DNA from: a virus
Lineage: Duplodnaviria > Caudoviricetes
Strand: one strand, 5' to 3'
Length of the DNA: 64,000 nt
IMG/VR virus record: IMGVR_UViG_3300031867_000001
Location: 1-64,000 of that record
How positions within the stretch are numbered: the stretch's first letter is position 1; each line of letters begins with the position of its first letter. The notes below the pieces were generated by a model. It searched no databases. It was given only the letters and a program-made list of their open reading frames with translations, and had not been told where the DNA came from. The position numbers and the translations under genes were made by a program. Of this stretch, positions 1 through 11,290 are shown piece after piece.

Positions 1-2
1 CA

Positions 3-275
3 GAAGGTCAACAGCCCACGGGAGATGTTGTCCCGGTTTCTGCACGTTTACGGAATCATGCGGTTAATATCGGTGACTCAACAAATAGAGTCGATACAAA
101 ACCATTCTATGTATTTAAGTTGGATGGTGTTGAGATTAAATCATTTGATGGATTCCATATGCGTGATGAATATTCAAATGCGGATATTTCTGATAAGACA
201 TTATTGATTTATAAAAACACTTTGTATGTTTATAATGAATCTTATGATACATGGAATCCATTGTATCGAAATTGA
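3..275 (+). CDS. 3' end of a truncated virion structural protein
   Basis: Frame 3 is open from the window edge to TGA at 273-275 (...DEYSNADISDKTLLIYKNTLYVYNESYDTWNPLYRN). The C-terminus resembles that of the next ORF. Confidence 0.6.
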   Translation, partial: EGQQPTGDVVPVSARLRNHAVNIGDSTNRVDTKPFYVFKLDGVEIKSFDGFHMRDEYSNADISDKTLLIYKNTLYVYNESYDTWNPLYRN

Positions 276-298
276 TTACTTAAAAGGAGTGAATCACA

Positions 299-3200
299 TT
301 GAGCTTAAAAAAGATATACGATTATCTTGGACCAAATGCATTGTCGTTTGTTGTTGATCAAGAACGCAAACATTGGTTGTTAAAGACACATCGTCAAAAA
401 CAACTTGTGGATCCACATACAGGTGATATGTATCAAGGTCGGGTTGATAATTTTGGTTCAGATGTTTTTATAGAATCCAGAAAATTACCGATTAATTATT
501 TCACATTACAAGACATCAAATACTCGGAAAAGTTTTCGTATGTATTCCAGAATGAACCATCTGCATTGACATATAATTCGTCGATGAATGGATTGGTTTG
601 TGCAAAGATTATATCAACAAATTTCCCAGATTCCTTCTCAACATTCCATCATTACAGTATTCATTTCAGAAACTGTGAAGAAGTGTGTATTCCATTTGCA
701 GCAAACAATAACACGAGTGCTGTGTTTGCACAAAGATGGATTAAAACAACAACTCCACCAATCTTGTTATTGCAAGATTCAACTGGAACGTATTCCACGG
801 AAGTTCCATTGACATTTTCACCAGTTGACAAGTATGTTGTCATGAGCGAACAACCGGACGATTGGGAGACGAACTTTACCAATTATTATGTCAGAACAGG
901 CACAGGTTACCAGTCAATTCCATCATATACAATTCCACCACAATTCATCTCAAATGAATATTTCAAAAAGATTCAAGTAGAACCATCGAATCTGACATTC
1001 TATTATCCAATTGAACGAGACTTGATGCCATTATTTATTCAACATTTGACACTGGAAGGAGAATGGTATACAGAAGGTATCAATAACAATGATCAAATTG
1101 GATTGCCAGCATTTTGGTTTACATGTGATTTGACCACTGTTGGTTCATGTATCGTATTACCATCTGACACGGAATTGTTCTGTATTGGTAATAATGGTGA
1201 TGCGTCTAAGTATAATGCACACATGTACGTTGGTGTTGGACAAGGTAGTGCACTCGATAAATTGACGCCTGGTTCTCGATCCACTGCAGACACATATCTT
1301 TACGTCTCTCCAACCCGTGGATATGAATTTAATGGAACTGCATCTGACTTCAATGTTCCATTGAATCCGAATACAATATCCATGAAGAATGTCGATGAAG
1401 AAGTATTTCAGTTTGATTACATTGGTGAAAACACAAAGTTTTACATGAATCAACTTTCGGCATGGGAGTATGTTTCCGGAACATCATATAGAATTATTGT
1501 ATCTACATTTGATCGTAATCGCAGATTCACCAATTACAATGAATATCCATTGATTCCTGTTATCAATATCCATTTTGATGAATCGGTTGACTTTGGTAAT
1601 ACAACAACCGACATTGGTTTTGTTGGTATTCGTGGTGGTTCGGGTAATCCAGAGTCAGACATATATGAAAAATATCCATACACCTTAAACAAGTTTGATG
1701 GATTACCGGAGCATTTGACAAATCCAAATCCGGAAGATCCGCAAGAACATATGGCTGTGTATGCAATTCATAACACACCATCGTATGTGGAGACGGATCC
1801 AAATACACGTCAAACCGCAGCATTGTTATTGGATCCAGGTCGTGCACAACATCCTGAGAACTTATTCTATTATGATTTCTACTGGCCCTTCCCATACAAT
1901 AACATCAATTGGAATCATCAAGCTCCACTTCCTACGGAATTTGCAAATGATCGATTCTTTTTCCATATCACCGATCCAAGTTATGATTTGGACAATGATT
2001 CGTCTCGGCGTATAACAGGTGACGCGTGGGCGAGACTGTTTTGTTATCATCGAGAGGATGATGTATTCACACCAATTGTTTGTATTGAGTTATTTCAAGA
2101 ATATGGTAATTTTAATGAAAACTTTGGTGCGAAAGAATTTGTGTATATGACATATACACCTGGTACCGGATTCGATAAATTAAATTGGACAAATCCAAAA
2201 AATACAAAAGAAGATGGAACCGGTATTGAATATATAGACATCAATTACGTTCAATCCACGGCAGAAGATCCACGACCGGGAGTTGATACGGATAATGGTT
2301 TACGTTTCCGCATTTATCGTAATTTGGATTTGGATGAAGCAAACTATACTCGCGGTAGAGTTTATGTGCTTTCCAACGATCCATCGGAATATGATAATAA
2401 TGCAACATCACCAATGCCGAAACCTGCAAGAACAGCGGCTCGTATTTGTGACATTCCAACATCCGTTGCACAATTGAGTGGTATCACAAATATTGCACCA
2501 ACATATGTTGTTGATGAACGATATGTTCGTACAGAAGCGTCTTATACAGAAGCCGATCGTGATCGTGTTTATAATGTAAACTCGACGAGATGGGTACGTC
2601 CGATTCATTTAGGCATTGATGACAAGCCGGTCAGCACCGATAATGATTTTGTATTCAAATCCGTTGATCAGTTGAATCAAGTTGATTTAATTTCACATAA
2701 CGAATTCCGATACATGAAACAACTCGTACCAATGGTGGATCCAGCCGATGTATCGATTGGAAATATCATCAAACCAGGTGAAGGATATGCCGTTAATGAT
2801 TTCGGATATGTGTATATCGGTGGATTTGGTTTTGAATATCACGTATCTGAAGTTGATGATGATGGTAAGGTTATTGGAGTGAATTTGTCATATCCAGAAT
2901 TAACAGACGACCGAAAGATTAACTTGTCGAACTTCAATATGGTTGGACCAGGTTCTGCATATACAACCACGTATGGAACCACTCCCAAAACCGGAAATGG
3001 TGGTGGATTGAAGTTACAATTGTACATTGATAATTTTGATTCCATTCAAACATACAAAGGTGGAGTATACACGGATTTGTTTGCATTGGTTCGTTTGCCC
3101 GATGGCTTGTGGTTGTATACGTATAATGTGATTGATACGGGTGTTGAAGACGATAACATTCATGGCACGTGGGTAAAAAATACACAAATCTCCGAGTTTG

Positions 3201-4291
3201 AAGATAATAGTGTAGATGCAGATTATGTATCCACAGCAGATGCATTCATGACATCCATCATGCCAATCACGAAAACAATGCCGTGTTGCATATATAGTGC
3301 AAATATGGGTGTCCGCAATTTACCAGTATCAGCCACAGCATCGTTTGTTCAAGTTGTATCGGATGCAGGAACATGTATCCAGAATACAACATCGACGGTG
3401 GAATACAATCGTTATGATTTGACGAAGTGGTATTGTGATGGATTGATTACATTGACAAATGTACCAACGATGTCACATGAAGCTGTATTGGAAGCACTCA
3501 GCAAAGTTGCAACAATCCGTTCAGATTGTTATATTGCATGGAGACCTGACAATGCATCAGACCCATCAAATCATACCGTCATTGCAGGAATCATTTATCG
3601 GTCATTCAATAATTTGAGAAGTGATGCTGTATCAACAACCCTTCCACAGAACAATTTAACATATCAGAATTATGTCAATACAAATGCAAATACAACCATT
3701 GCATGGGACGTTCCAAACATTGGACCGATGGTATGGGTATTCAATCCAAAATATCATTTCCATGAAATATACAAATATGACGAGAATACGAATACGTTGT
3801 CGATTGATCGTGAAATGGTAACTTGGGAGAATGTAGAAATCAATTCCAATAATATCTATTATAAAGAAACTTTAGTAGATGAAAATCATAAGTTGAAGTA
3901 TAATATTATTACAAACAACTTATTCCACCAAGGTGCATCTTCTCATATTGATCAATCTACCATTTATGCACAACCATCATTCTTCGAAGTTGCAATCATT
4001 GGAATGGATGTTTCTACTGCATCATTGACAATTAATCCAACTGGAAATTGGCAGTGTGTATTCCCACGTGTTTCCAGATTCACATTTAAACACGACACAG
4101 ATCCGGAAGCATCATATACACCAATTGAAATGAATTTGGTAAGTGGAGTAAATGTTTCACCACAAGCACATGTATTTGATGATACGACGAAAGCAGATGT
4201 ATCAACATCTACTGTCATCTTTGAAAATACGGCGAATGGTACAATCATGAAACTATTCAATCCAGTTACAGAAACTTGGGAAAAAATATAA
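299..4291 (+). CDS. large putative virion structural (baseplate/tail-associated) protein, 1330 aa
   Basis: Long ORF with TTG start after AAAGGAG; T/N/Y/D-rich, beta-type composition. Function is inferred only. Confidence 0.6.
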   Translation: MSLKKIYDYLGPNALSFVVDQERKHWLLKTHRQKQLVDPHTGDMYQGRVDNFGSDVFIESRKLPINYFTLQDIKYSEKFSYVFQNEPSALTYNSSMNGLVCAKIISTNFPDSFSTFHHYSIHFRNCEEVCIPFAANNNTSAVFAQRWIKTTTPPILLLQDSTGTYSTEVPLTFSPVDKYVVMSEQPDDWETNFTNYYVRTGTGYQSIPSYTIPPQFISNEYFKKIQVEPSNLTFYYPIERDLMPLFIQHLTLEGEWYTEGINNNDQIGLPAFWFTCDLTTVGSCIVLPSDTELFCIGNNGDASKYNAHMYVGVGQGSALDKLTPGSRSTADTYLYVSPTRGYEFNGTASDFNVPLNPNTISMKNVDEEVFQFDYIGENTKFYMNQLSAWEYVSGTSYRIIVSTFDRNRRFTNYNEYPLIPVINIHFDESVDFGNTTTDIGFVGIRGGSGNPESDIYEKYPYTLNKFDGLPEHLTNPNPEDPQEHMAVYAIHNTPSYVETDPNTRQTAALLLDPGRAQHPENLFYYDFYWPFPYNNINWNHQAPLPTEFANDRFFFHITDPSYDLDNDSSRRITGDAWARLFCYHREDDVFTPIVCIELFQEYGNFNENFGAKEFVYMTYTPGTGFDKLNWTNPKNTKEDGTGIEYIDINYVQSTAEDPRPGVDTDNGLRFRIYRNLDLDEANYTRGRVYVLSNDPSEYDNNATSPMPKPARTAARICDIPTSVAQLSGITNIAPTYVVDERYVRTEASYTEADRDRVYNVNSTRWVRPIHLGIDDKPVSTDNDFVFKSVDQLNQVDLISHNEFRYMKQLVPMVDPADVSIGNIIKPGEGYAVNDFGYVYIGGFGFEYHVSEVDDDGKVIGVNLSYPELTDDRKINLSNFNMVGPGSAYTTTYGTTPKTGNGGGLKLQLYIDNFDSIQTYKGGVYTDLFALVRLPDGLWLYTYNVIDTGVEDDNIHGTWVKNTQISEFEDNSVDADYVSTADAFMTSIMPITKTMPCCIYSANMGVRNLPVSATASFVQVVSDAGTCIQNTTSTVEYNRYDLTKWYCDGLITLTNVPTMSHEAVLEALSKVATIRSDCYIAWRPDNASDPSNHTVIAGIIYRSFNNLRSDAVSTTLPQNNLTYQNYVNTNANTTIAWDVPNIGPMVWVFNPKYHFHEIYKYDENTNTLSIDREMVTWENVEINSNNIYYKETLVDENHKLKYNIITNNLFHQGASSHIDQSTIYAQPSFFEVAIIGMDVSTASLTINPTGNWQCVFPRVSRFTFKHDTDPEASYTPIEMNLVSGVNVSPQAHVFDDTTKADVSTSTVIFENTANGTIMKLFNPVTETWEKI

Positions 4292-4299
4292 TAAGTAAG

Positions 4300-4320
4300 G
4301 TGCCCCCATTACGGGGGCAC
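4300..4320. terminator. GC-rich hairpin between convergent genes
   Basis: GTGCCCCC-attac-GGGGGCAC. Confidence 0.7.
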
Positions 4321-4330
4321 ACTTTCTTTA

Positions 4331-4849
4331 TCACGGATTTGATTCATCATAGAATGATTCAAGACAATTGGTCTTCATGATTTTACCAACTGTCTCAAAC
4401 GTTGTATCACTCAATGTGATACACTTTTGCAGTTCCCTTTTTGTCCATCTCTTTACATTGCCGATTTCAAGCACAAACCGAATGAGTGCTTCACCAACAC
4501 GATATTTGAAGAATGCATCATAGAATTCTTGATACAATACAGAGTTTGGATCAGCATTCAAAAATGCATTAATCACAGCTTTACCAAGATCAACATTTGT
4601 ATCAGTTGCATGTAAAGAAACAAAGTCATGCAATGTGATTTGTTTTGCATCCACATTTACAACAGCCACTTTGTTTTCACGAGTTTCATCTTTGATCTGT
4701 TGGTAAATATCACTTGTGACTTTACGGATCAATGTGTTCAACTGTTCATCCGATAAGGATAACATCACTTTGGATGATGGATCGGATTCAACGACATTCT
4801 GTGATGGTGGTGTTTTATTCACATCTTTGTTCGAATGTTCAATAATCAT
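4331..4849 (-). CDS. hypothetical protein
   Basis: 172-aa ORF with GAGGTG RBS. Confidence 0.7.
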   Translation of the reverse strand: MIIEHSNKDVNKTPPSQNVVESDPSSKVMLSLSDEQLNTLIRKVTSDIYQQIKDETRENKVAVVNVDAKQITLHDFVSLHATDTNVDLGKAVINAFLNADPNSVLYQEFYDAFFKYRVGEALIRFVLEIGNVKRWTKRELQKCITLSDTTFETVGKIMKTNCLESFYDESNP

Positions 4850-4904
4850 AATTTATCACCTCATATGAAATTATTTGATTTGCCATAAATCAAATTGTTT
4901 AATG

Positions 4905-5858
4905 TCATGTGAATTTGTGAATTCGTTGTATGTCCATTTTATCACTTGTAACACCATAATCTTTGTCAATCATATTTTGATACAAATAAATGTGTTTAAA
5001 CAATCTTTGTGTTCCATTGTCAATTTTGATAAATCGATTATCAACATCTGAATCTTTGAAGATATGAATCACAACCGAATTACCAAATATGCCCGTTTTC
5101 AAAATATGTGTAATGCCGGATTTATAATCACTACCAAGTGTTGCAATATATAATGCATTTTGCATTGGATAATGATAATACAAACCAATCACGTCCATAA
5201 TTCCTTCGGCAATGACAATGTTAATTGGTTCATGTGTGTCAACACCACATCGCATTGTATAAATCCCACGTCCACGAACATGTTTGGTTGGATAACGAAT
5301 CCAACGATATTCCGTGTCATCGTTATTATATCGACCGATAATGTTTCCATTGTTTAATTGAAACCAATATCGATTCTGTAATACTTTTGGTTGAACTTCA
5401 TTTCTGCCAAAAAAGTCTGTGACATATCCACGTGGATTACCAACATAACGGAATTGTTGTAATTCTTCAAATGTCACATTCACACCAATCCGGTCTTTAA
5501 TGTATTGAATAATGCCAGACGCATCATCATTCTCATTACAGCTGGATTGGTTTAATTTTATGGATGCATACTCGTTTGATTCAATTCGTTTATGATACTT
5601 CACATCTTTTGGTAATGGAATATCCAATTGATATGCCGCTAAGAATTGTTTGTTGACAATTCCACTTTCATTACATTTAAAACAATGCCACAATGGTGGA
5701 TCGTCCGTTGATAATGATATTTTGACATAACAGTGATATTTCGTATCACCACATCGCGGACATAAACGTCCGCGATATTGTTCGTGATTTGTTGGTGTTC
5801 TTTTAAACATACCCGATTGAACCAATGATTCTTTAAACTTCAACAATGATTCATTCAC
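4905..5858 (-). CDS. DNA primase-like protein (Zn ribbon + TOPRIM)
   Basis: CPRCGD...HCFKC zinc finger; TOPRIM motifs IAEGIMD and DSD. Confidence 0.8.
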   Translation of the reverse strand: MNESLLKFKESLVQSGMFKRTPTNHEQYRGRLCPRCGDTKYHCYVKISLSTDDPPLWHCFKCNESGIVNKQFLAAYQLDIPLPKDVKYHKRIESNEYASIKLNQSSCNENDDASGIIQYIKDRIGVNVTFEELQQFRYVGNPRGYVTDFFGRNEVQPKVLQNRYWFQLNNGNIIGRYNNDDTEYRWIRYPTKHVRGRGIYTMRCGVDTHEPINIVIAEGIMDVIGLYYHYPMQNALYIATLGSDYKSGITHILKTGIFGNSVVIHIFKDSDVDNRFIKIDNGTQRLFKHIYLYQNMIDKDYGVTSDKMDIQRIHKFT

Positions 5859-5861
5859 ACA

Positions 5862-6086
5862 TTACCACCCCAAGCTCAAATATAAAATACATAACAAACC
5901 GCTGACGATCACATCTGCAACACATAGAGAAACCAACTGCTTTGCATGTATTGCATCTCTGACATCATCATCTTTCACATCAACGAGTTGTTTGTCATAT
6001 GCATCATCGATGATGTAATGCGTGGCTCTTCTGACACACACATATGTCAAGATATACAAAACCAAACCAACAACAAGTTTCAACAT
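5862..6086 (-). CDS. small membrane protein
   Basis: 74 aa with two hydrophobic segments; AAAGGGAG RBS. Confidence 0.65.
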   Translation of the reverse strand: MLKLVVGLVLYILTYVCVRRATHYIIDDAYDKQLVDVKDDDVRDAIHAKQLVSLCVADVIVSGLLCILYLSLGW

Positions 6087-6118
6087 AACACATTTCTCCC
6101 TTTCATATGTTGAATGAA

Positions 6119-6586
6119 TTATGATGTTACGTCAATATCATATCCGTCCAACATGGATTTGATTCGTTCTTTTCGATAACCTTCTGTCTGGTTAACCATA
6201 TATGTATTGATTTCATTTATATAATGAAACATTGCTTCATACACAGATGGATCGACCTTTAAGATCGGATCGTTCTCCGCCATTAATCCACTTTCGAATA
6301 CATAATACAATCTGTCACATTGTAATTCTTCTTTATACAGCTTAAATGTTTTCACAACATCCAATTCAGGTAAACGTTGATTGTTGATTGGGCTCTTGAC
6401 AAATAACCCAATCGATGAGCCAAATCCAACTTTAAACGAACGGGAATTGAATTGATAAATGTCTTTCAATTCACCAAACCCAAACATACCTTCCGTCGTT
6501 TTGATGTACAATGGTTCAATCACATGTGTCTTTGGACGTTTGTCAATTAATTCCGCAATCTTCATATTATTATTGATATCAAACAT
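6119..6586 (-). CDS. hypothetical protein
   Basis: Start moved to ATG 6586 after AAGGAGAG. Confidence 0.7.
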   Translation of the reverse strand: MFDINNNMKIAELIDKRPKTHVIEPLYIKTTEGMFGFGELKDIYQFNSRSFKVGFGSSIGLFVKSPINNQRLPELDVVKTFKLYKEELQCDRLYYVFESGLMAENDPILKVDPSVYEAMFHYINEINTYMVNQTEGYRKERIKSMLDGYDIDVTS

Positions 6587-6694
6587 AATAATTACTCTCC
6601 TTTGTATTGTATTTAAAAATAAAGAATAGTATTGGAATGTTATTAACACATTAGAAAAACATTATGCATATACATATCATTCACATGTAAGGAG

Positions 6695-7012
6695 GTGAAT
6701 ACCATGTTATTACAATATGAAGAAGTCAACAATAAGAATGATTTGGATGAAGTTGAATTACAACATCTCGGACATCAACTCGTTGGTGTTGTTTCATTCT
6801 ACAAACAATTCATTCCCATAACAGATGATGAGACATTAAAACGATTAAACATTTTAGAATACATCGGAAAAGCAATCATCACCCGTAATTATCATTTATT
6901 AATAAACGATCCAAAGGTTATCAAACGCATATCCGAATTAACCGTCAATGAATATCAGCAAAATTTGTATGAATCCTATGCAGATTTTCGATTCGCCGGA
7001 AAACCATTTTAA
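6695..7012 (+). CDS. hypothetical protein
   Basis: 105-aa ORF with AAGGAGG; followed by hairpin 7018-7041. Confidence 0.65.
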   Translation: MNTMLLQYEEVNNKNDLDEVELQHLGHQLVGVVSFYKQFIPITDDETLKRLNILEYIGKAIITRNYHLLINDPKVIKRISELTVNEYQQNLYESYADFRFAGKPF

Positions 7013-7045
7013 ATGTATATGGGGGCATCAAGCCCCCATATCGCA

Positions 7046-8179
7046 TTATTCAAACGCTTCTTCGTTGATGACGACTTCTCGCTCTTGGGCGCCTTCATCT
7101 GACATTTGATTCATCATTTTTGTATACCGCAACGGACCTTTCCAGTATCCATGACGGAAGAATACTTTATCACCACGATGAACCCAGTGACCGATGACAT
7201 GCCACAACAGTTTCTTTGTTCGTACAACCTTACCGTTCTTATCTTTGCCGAACAAGATATCATCAATGGGATTTGTATTAACAACGATTCTGCGGATATA
7301 CTTCGCTTTCTTGACTTGTTTGGATTTGTTATTTTTTGATGATAACTCATTGACTTGATCACGGATCTTTGCGTCATTTTTGAAGTATTCCTTTAACACA
7401 GGATTCAACAATGCCAATGTGATACCATACCAACATTTTATCATGTTGATTGCCCGTGACGTTATTTCGTGAATCATCTTCTCTGGAGTGATATCGTATT
7501 TAGTCAAGAACGCTTTATCATTTATCAGATTCTTCAAATTATTGGAAAATCCAAGATAAGATCCGTTCAACCCAATCTTGTCTTTATTTGCAATTAGCGG
7601 AAGTGTTACTGTTTCCATTGACTTAGCATTGTTATTTCTCCAAGTTCTCATTGTGATACTACCAACCACGATCGTTTCATCAATGATATCTTTCGTTTCA
7701 ATACCATTCTCCATCTCATATTGATTTGGAGGCAATTCGCCATGAATCTTCATGATGTGTTCAGTAACGATATCTCTGAAGATTCGGATATCAATTGCTG
7801 AATTCGACATGAACTCTTCAGTTCCACCATATCGGTCCGTTTCCGGTTTGGACACCGTAAGTCTTAATCCATCAATCGGAACAGTTTCGTTCCATACAAT
7901 ATCCGGAGGAATCTCCCATGCATTTTTGTCAACACCACATAACTCCGCAAACAGATCTATCTGATCGACCGACAGATCGATTGTATCGGTGATTGGATAC
8001 ATGGAGTGTTGTTTCAACAACCAGTCACGCTGTTCCTTTGTCAAGAATCCATATCCAATTTTTCTGGTTTCTTCATCCGATATGGATTTGACGACTTCGG
8101 AATACTCCCACAAAGAAGTATTTGTCTTTAATAACTCCTTTCCTTCCTTTTCAACAGTTTCTCGCCAGTTAATGATCAT
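7046..8179 (-). CDS. hypothetical phage protein with C-terminal WHVIGHW...GYWKG motif
   Basis: ATG 8179 after AAGGAGAG; the basic GHW-type C-terminal motif recurs in phage proteins. Confidence 0.7.
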   Translation of the reverse strand: MIINWRETVEKEGKELLKTNTSLWEYSEVVKSISDEETRKIGYGFLTKEQRDWLLKQHSMYPITDTIDLSVDQIDLFAELCGVDKNAWEIPPDIVWNETVPIDGLRLTVSKPETDRYGGTEEFMSNSAIDIRIFRDIVTEHIMKIHGELPPNQYEMENGIETKDIIDETIVVGSITMRTWRNNNAKSMETVTLPLIANKDKIGLNGSYLGFSNNLKNLINDKAFLTKYDITPEKMIHEITSRAINMIKCWYGITLALLNPVLKEYFKNDAKIRDQVNELSSKNNKSKQVKKAKYIRRIVVNTNPIDDILFGKDKNGKVVRTKKLLWHVIGHWVHRGDKVFFRHGYWKGPLRYTKMMNQMSDEGAQEREVVINEEAFE

Positions 8180-8251
8180 AATAACTCTCTCCTTTGTAAT
8201 ATGAATATTAATCACATATCATATGTGATCATAATAATTATATAAATATCG

Positions 8252-8295
8252 ATTATATTGAAAATTGAAATATATATAATTAATATGATAAGGAA
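8252..8295 (+). promoter_or_regulatory. conserved AT-rich phage promoter motif, copy 1
   Basis: TATATTGAAA(A/T)TTGAAATATATATAATTAATATGA, near-identical at 18365, 46714 and 63701. Confidence 0.65.
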
Positions 8296-8336
8296 TCATA
8301 GGGTGTCCCGAGATCCCCTAAAAGCATCTCGGAGAA

Positions 8337-8552
8337 ATGGAGAAAGTTATGTTATTTGATCTTATCAGAACTATTGCTGAACCTGCAGCAATGCTCAATG
8401 AGAGCATTAAGCAGGACATTGGTACTGCCATGGTCGATTCTGGATGTGACGAGAATGTCGCCAACGTAGTGGCTGACATCATCGCCCCGGGCAAGATTGC
8501 CAAAGGTGTGTATGATGTTGCGTCTCTGTTCACTTGGTTCGGCAACCAGTGA
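8337..8552 (+). CDS. small hypothetical (putative early) protein
   Basis: 71-aa ORF directly after the promoter motif; GGAG RBS. Confidence 0.65.
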   Translation: MEKVMLFDLIRTIAEPAAMLNESIKQDIGTAMVDSGCDENVANVVADIIAPGKIAKGVYDVASLFTWFGNQ

Positions 8553-8929
8553 GCAGTAAGCAGTAACTAAGAGAAAGAGAACTTGTGATGATAACACTTT
8601 GCAGGTAGACATCATAAGTTCTTTTTTGTCTATCTTATGTATTTTCTTATATAAGAAAAAAGTTTTTCATTGTATATATATTCTTTGATTGACCGGAGGT
8701 CAATCATTATATAATATAATATATAATATAATATGTAAGAAGATAAGAAGTAATACAGTAATAGAGTAATACAAGATACACACAAAGAGCAATACATGTG
8801 TATCATAGATAAAAACTTTTCGCGGAGATAAATAAAGGGTTTGGAGATAATACGCAGTGTTTTATTTTTTATAACGAAACCATAACTTTTGGTATTTTTA
8901 ATACTTACACAAAGGAGATGTATATCGAT

Positions 8930-10180
8930 ATGAATGAGCAATTAATCTATGATAAGATTAAAGTAATGCTTGATAGAATGGAGCAGAAGAAACAGCTCCA
9001 GTCTTTAGCAAAAACAAATGGTATTGAATTAAATGAAATGGAATTGACGGATGATGCTGCTGATGCAGTTGTAATATCTGTCATTGCATTGATGCTTGCG
9101 AAAATGGATAATGATGAACGTTATCGCAAGCTGTGTGACTTTGGAATGCAAAAGAGATCATTAAAGGTTGAAATCATCAATGACTACAAGCAACGTGCGA
9201 ATATGTTGTATAATAAGTATAAGAACGGTGATGTGGTATTGAATGATGATACAACAATGGATGATGTTCCATATGATGAGTCATTTTTGTATGATGCCGA
9301 TGACGATGAAGAATACTTTGATGAATCTGTGAAGAATGGTATGCCCAATGAAGAATTCTTGAAATATGTATCTGCAAGAGTTCATGATTTAGTCCCATCT
9401 TTTGAGAGTGGACATATTCGTGGTTTTGTTCGTGGAGATGACGTATACTCTTTTGAGATCTATGTCACGATCAATGGTAAGAAGAAATACCTCCAAGATA
9501 TGGTTGATAATGATGAGATTGATCAAAGTGATGTTGATAAACTTTATAAGGATCTTCGCAATAAGTTTAAGAAGACATCTAATACCGAATCCAAACAGAA
9601 ATTCGATTGGACTGAATTCCCCGGTGATGATGAATCTATTGAAGAAGGTTTTGGTTTCACAACCAAGAAGAACATCTGCAATCGAGTATGTGAACAGATT
9701 GACATTATCAATCCATTTATGGAAGAGCTTCATAAGAAGATTGATAGTGGTGAAATCAAAGATCCAAAGTCTTTCCAAAAGTGGTATCGTCAAGATGTCA
9801 AGGTTTCATATGGTATGAGTGGTGGATCCACAACATATGGAGATTCTTACTATGGAACTTCCGTAAATTATGAATACGGAGAACCGACACTCGAGAATTA
9901 CATCCTCCGAGCAAAACAAGTCATCAGAATGTCAACACGTGATAAGTATGTTGGTACTGTATTCACCAGAGAAGAGCATGACAAACTTGAGCGAGCATTC
10001 ATGTTGTTATACAATTTGAATATCAATATGAGTGATTGCTGTGGTGATTACTTCAACGCATTTAAAGAGTATAATCCAAATCAATTCAAGAGTTTGCTTA
10101 AAAAGGTAGATGACGATCTTACGGAATGGATTGATCTTTCTAAAGAGATTTATGATTTCGCATCTTCCAAAATCCATTAA
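8930..10180 (+). CDS. putative virion head/internal protein
   Basis: Acidic linkers with YDES, YFDES and IEEG motifs; first gene of the cluster. Confidence 0.6.
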   Translation: MNEQLIYDKIKVMLDRMEQKKQLQSLAKTNGIELNEMELTDDAADAVVISVIALMLAKMDNDERYRKLCDFGMQKRSLKVEIINDYKQRANMLYNKYKNGDVVLNDDTTMDDVPYDESFLYDADDDEEYFDESVKNGMPNEEFLKYVSARVHDLVPSFESGHIRGFVRGDDVYSFEIYVTINGKKKYLQDMVDNDEIDQSDVDKLYKDLRNKFKKTSNTESKQKFDWTEFPGDDESIEEGFGFTTKKNICNRVCEQIDIINPFMEELHKKIDSGEIKDPKSFQKWYRQDVKVSYGMSGGSTTYGDSYYGTSVNYEYGEPTLENYILRAKQVIRMSTRDKYVGTVFTREEHDKLERAFMLLYNLNINMSDCCGDYFNAFKEYNPNQFKSLLKKVDDDLTEWIDLSKEIYDFASSKIH

Positions 10181-10279
10181 CTCAACTCAATATTAATTTG
10201 CACGACCTTCCTTGGAGCAAGGGGCTGTTTCAATGAATAGTCGATGTCAAAAATATAATTTCGAAAGGAATCATGTTTT

Positions 10280-11290
10280 ATGAAGTTTACTGATTTGATG
10301 CTTGATATCGCAACTGGCGATGCATCCGGTTATGATGTCATGATTGAATATGATAAGGGTCGACTTGACGTATCTAATGTAGTATTCGAAGCATGCTGCA
10401 AGGTAGAGGCTCTGGACGATGCTGGAGCTTATGATGATGACTTTATCCAGGAAGCAGCTGATGCTGATCTTCCTTCTGAGAAGAATGCAGCTGTTGCTCA
10501 GGCAAGTGCTGCAGCGTCCACTGGCGTTGAAGCATTCTACGATCTGGTAGTTGATACTGCTAAGAAGATCAAGGAGTCCACCAGCAAGGATTGGAAGGCA
10601 ATTGCAGTTCTCGCTAAGAAGAATGGTATGCCTGTATCTGAGGCTTCTGGTGAAGGCTTCTTCGAGAAGTTCGCAACTCCGCTTGCTTCTAAGATCGCTG
10701 GTGGTAAGTCTGTTAAGCTTTCTGGTAAGGCTATGCCGACTGCCAACTTCTCTCGTACTTTCACTTCCAACTATTGCAACGGCATTGCAAAGATCCTGTC
10801 TGCATATGGTATCTCCATGGAGTGCGACTGCCCGGTTACCAAGAACTTTGTTGGTGACCTGAGCAAGAACGTGCCTTGCGCTGATACTTCTGATTCTTGT
10901 GCACAGCAGTGTGCTCAGGCAATCAACCATGGTGCAAAGATCATTAAGGGTGAGGGTGCATTCTCCAAGACTGCTAATGCAACTGTCAAGGATATTGCAA
11001 ACTACATCACCGCTGTATATGTTCTGAAGGGCTTTGCAGAGATGGTTGTTAAGCGTGCAGGTTCTGCATCTGCTCGTAAGACCTCTATCGCTAAGATGAC
11101 TGCTATGATGAATGACACCAACAAGAAGGGTGTTTCTCATGCATCTAAGAACATTATGAAGACTACTTCTTCTCGTGCAAACACGATCAAGGAAGCTGCT
11201 GAGGAAGTTGCCAAGGCATTCAATGATGCAATCTATGCACTCACTGAAGCAGCCAACGGTGGATCCGTTCCGCTTCCTGAGTCTAAGTAA
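10280..11290 (+). CDS. putative abundant virion internal protein
   Basis: 336 aa, Ala-rich, strongly biased codon usage; VFEA and FIQEA motifs. Confidence 0.65.
   Translation: MKFTDLMLDIATGDASGYDVMIEYDKGRLDVSNVVFEACCKVEALDDAGAYDDDFIQEAADADLPSEKNAAVAQASAAASTGVEAFYDLVVDTAKKIKESTSKDWKAIAVLAKKNGMPVSEASGEGFFEKFATPLASKIAGGKSVKLSGKAMPTANFSRTFTSNYCNGIAKILSAYGISMECDCPVTKNFVGDLSKNVPCADTSDSCAQQCAQAINHGAKIIKGEGAFSKTANATVKDIANYITAVYVLKGFAEMVVKRAGSASARKTSIAKMTAMMNDTNKKGVSHASKNIMKTTSSRANTIKEAAEEVAKAFNDAIYALTEAANGGSVPLPESK

Noticed and set aside
8690-8780. TATAA-rich tract as a replication origin
   Set aside because: Only AT richness; no iterons or other support visible.
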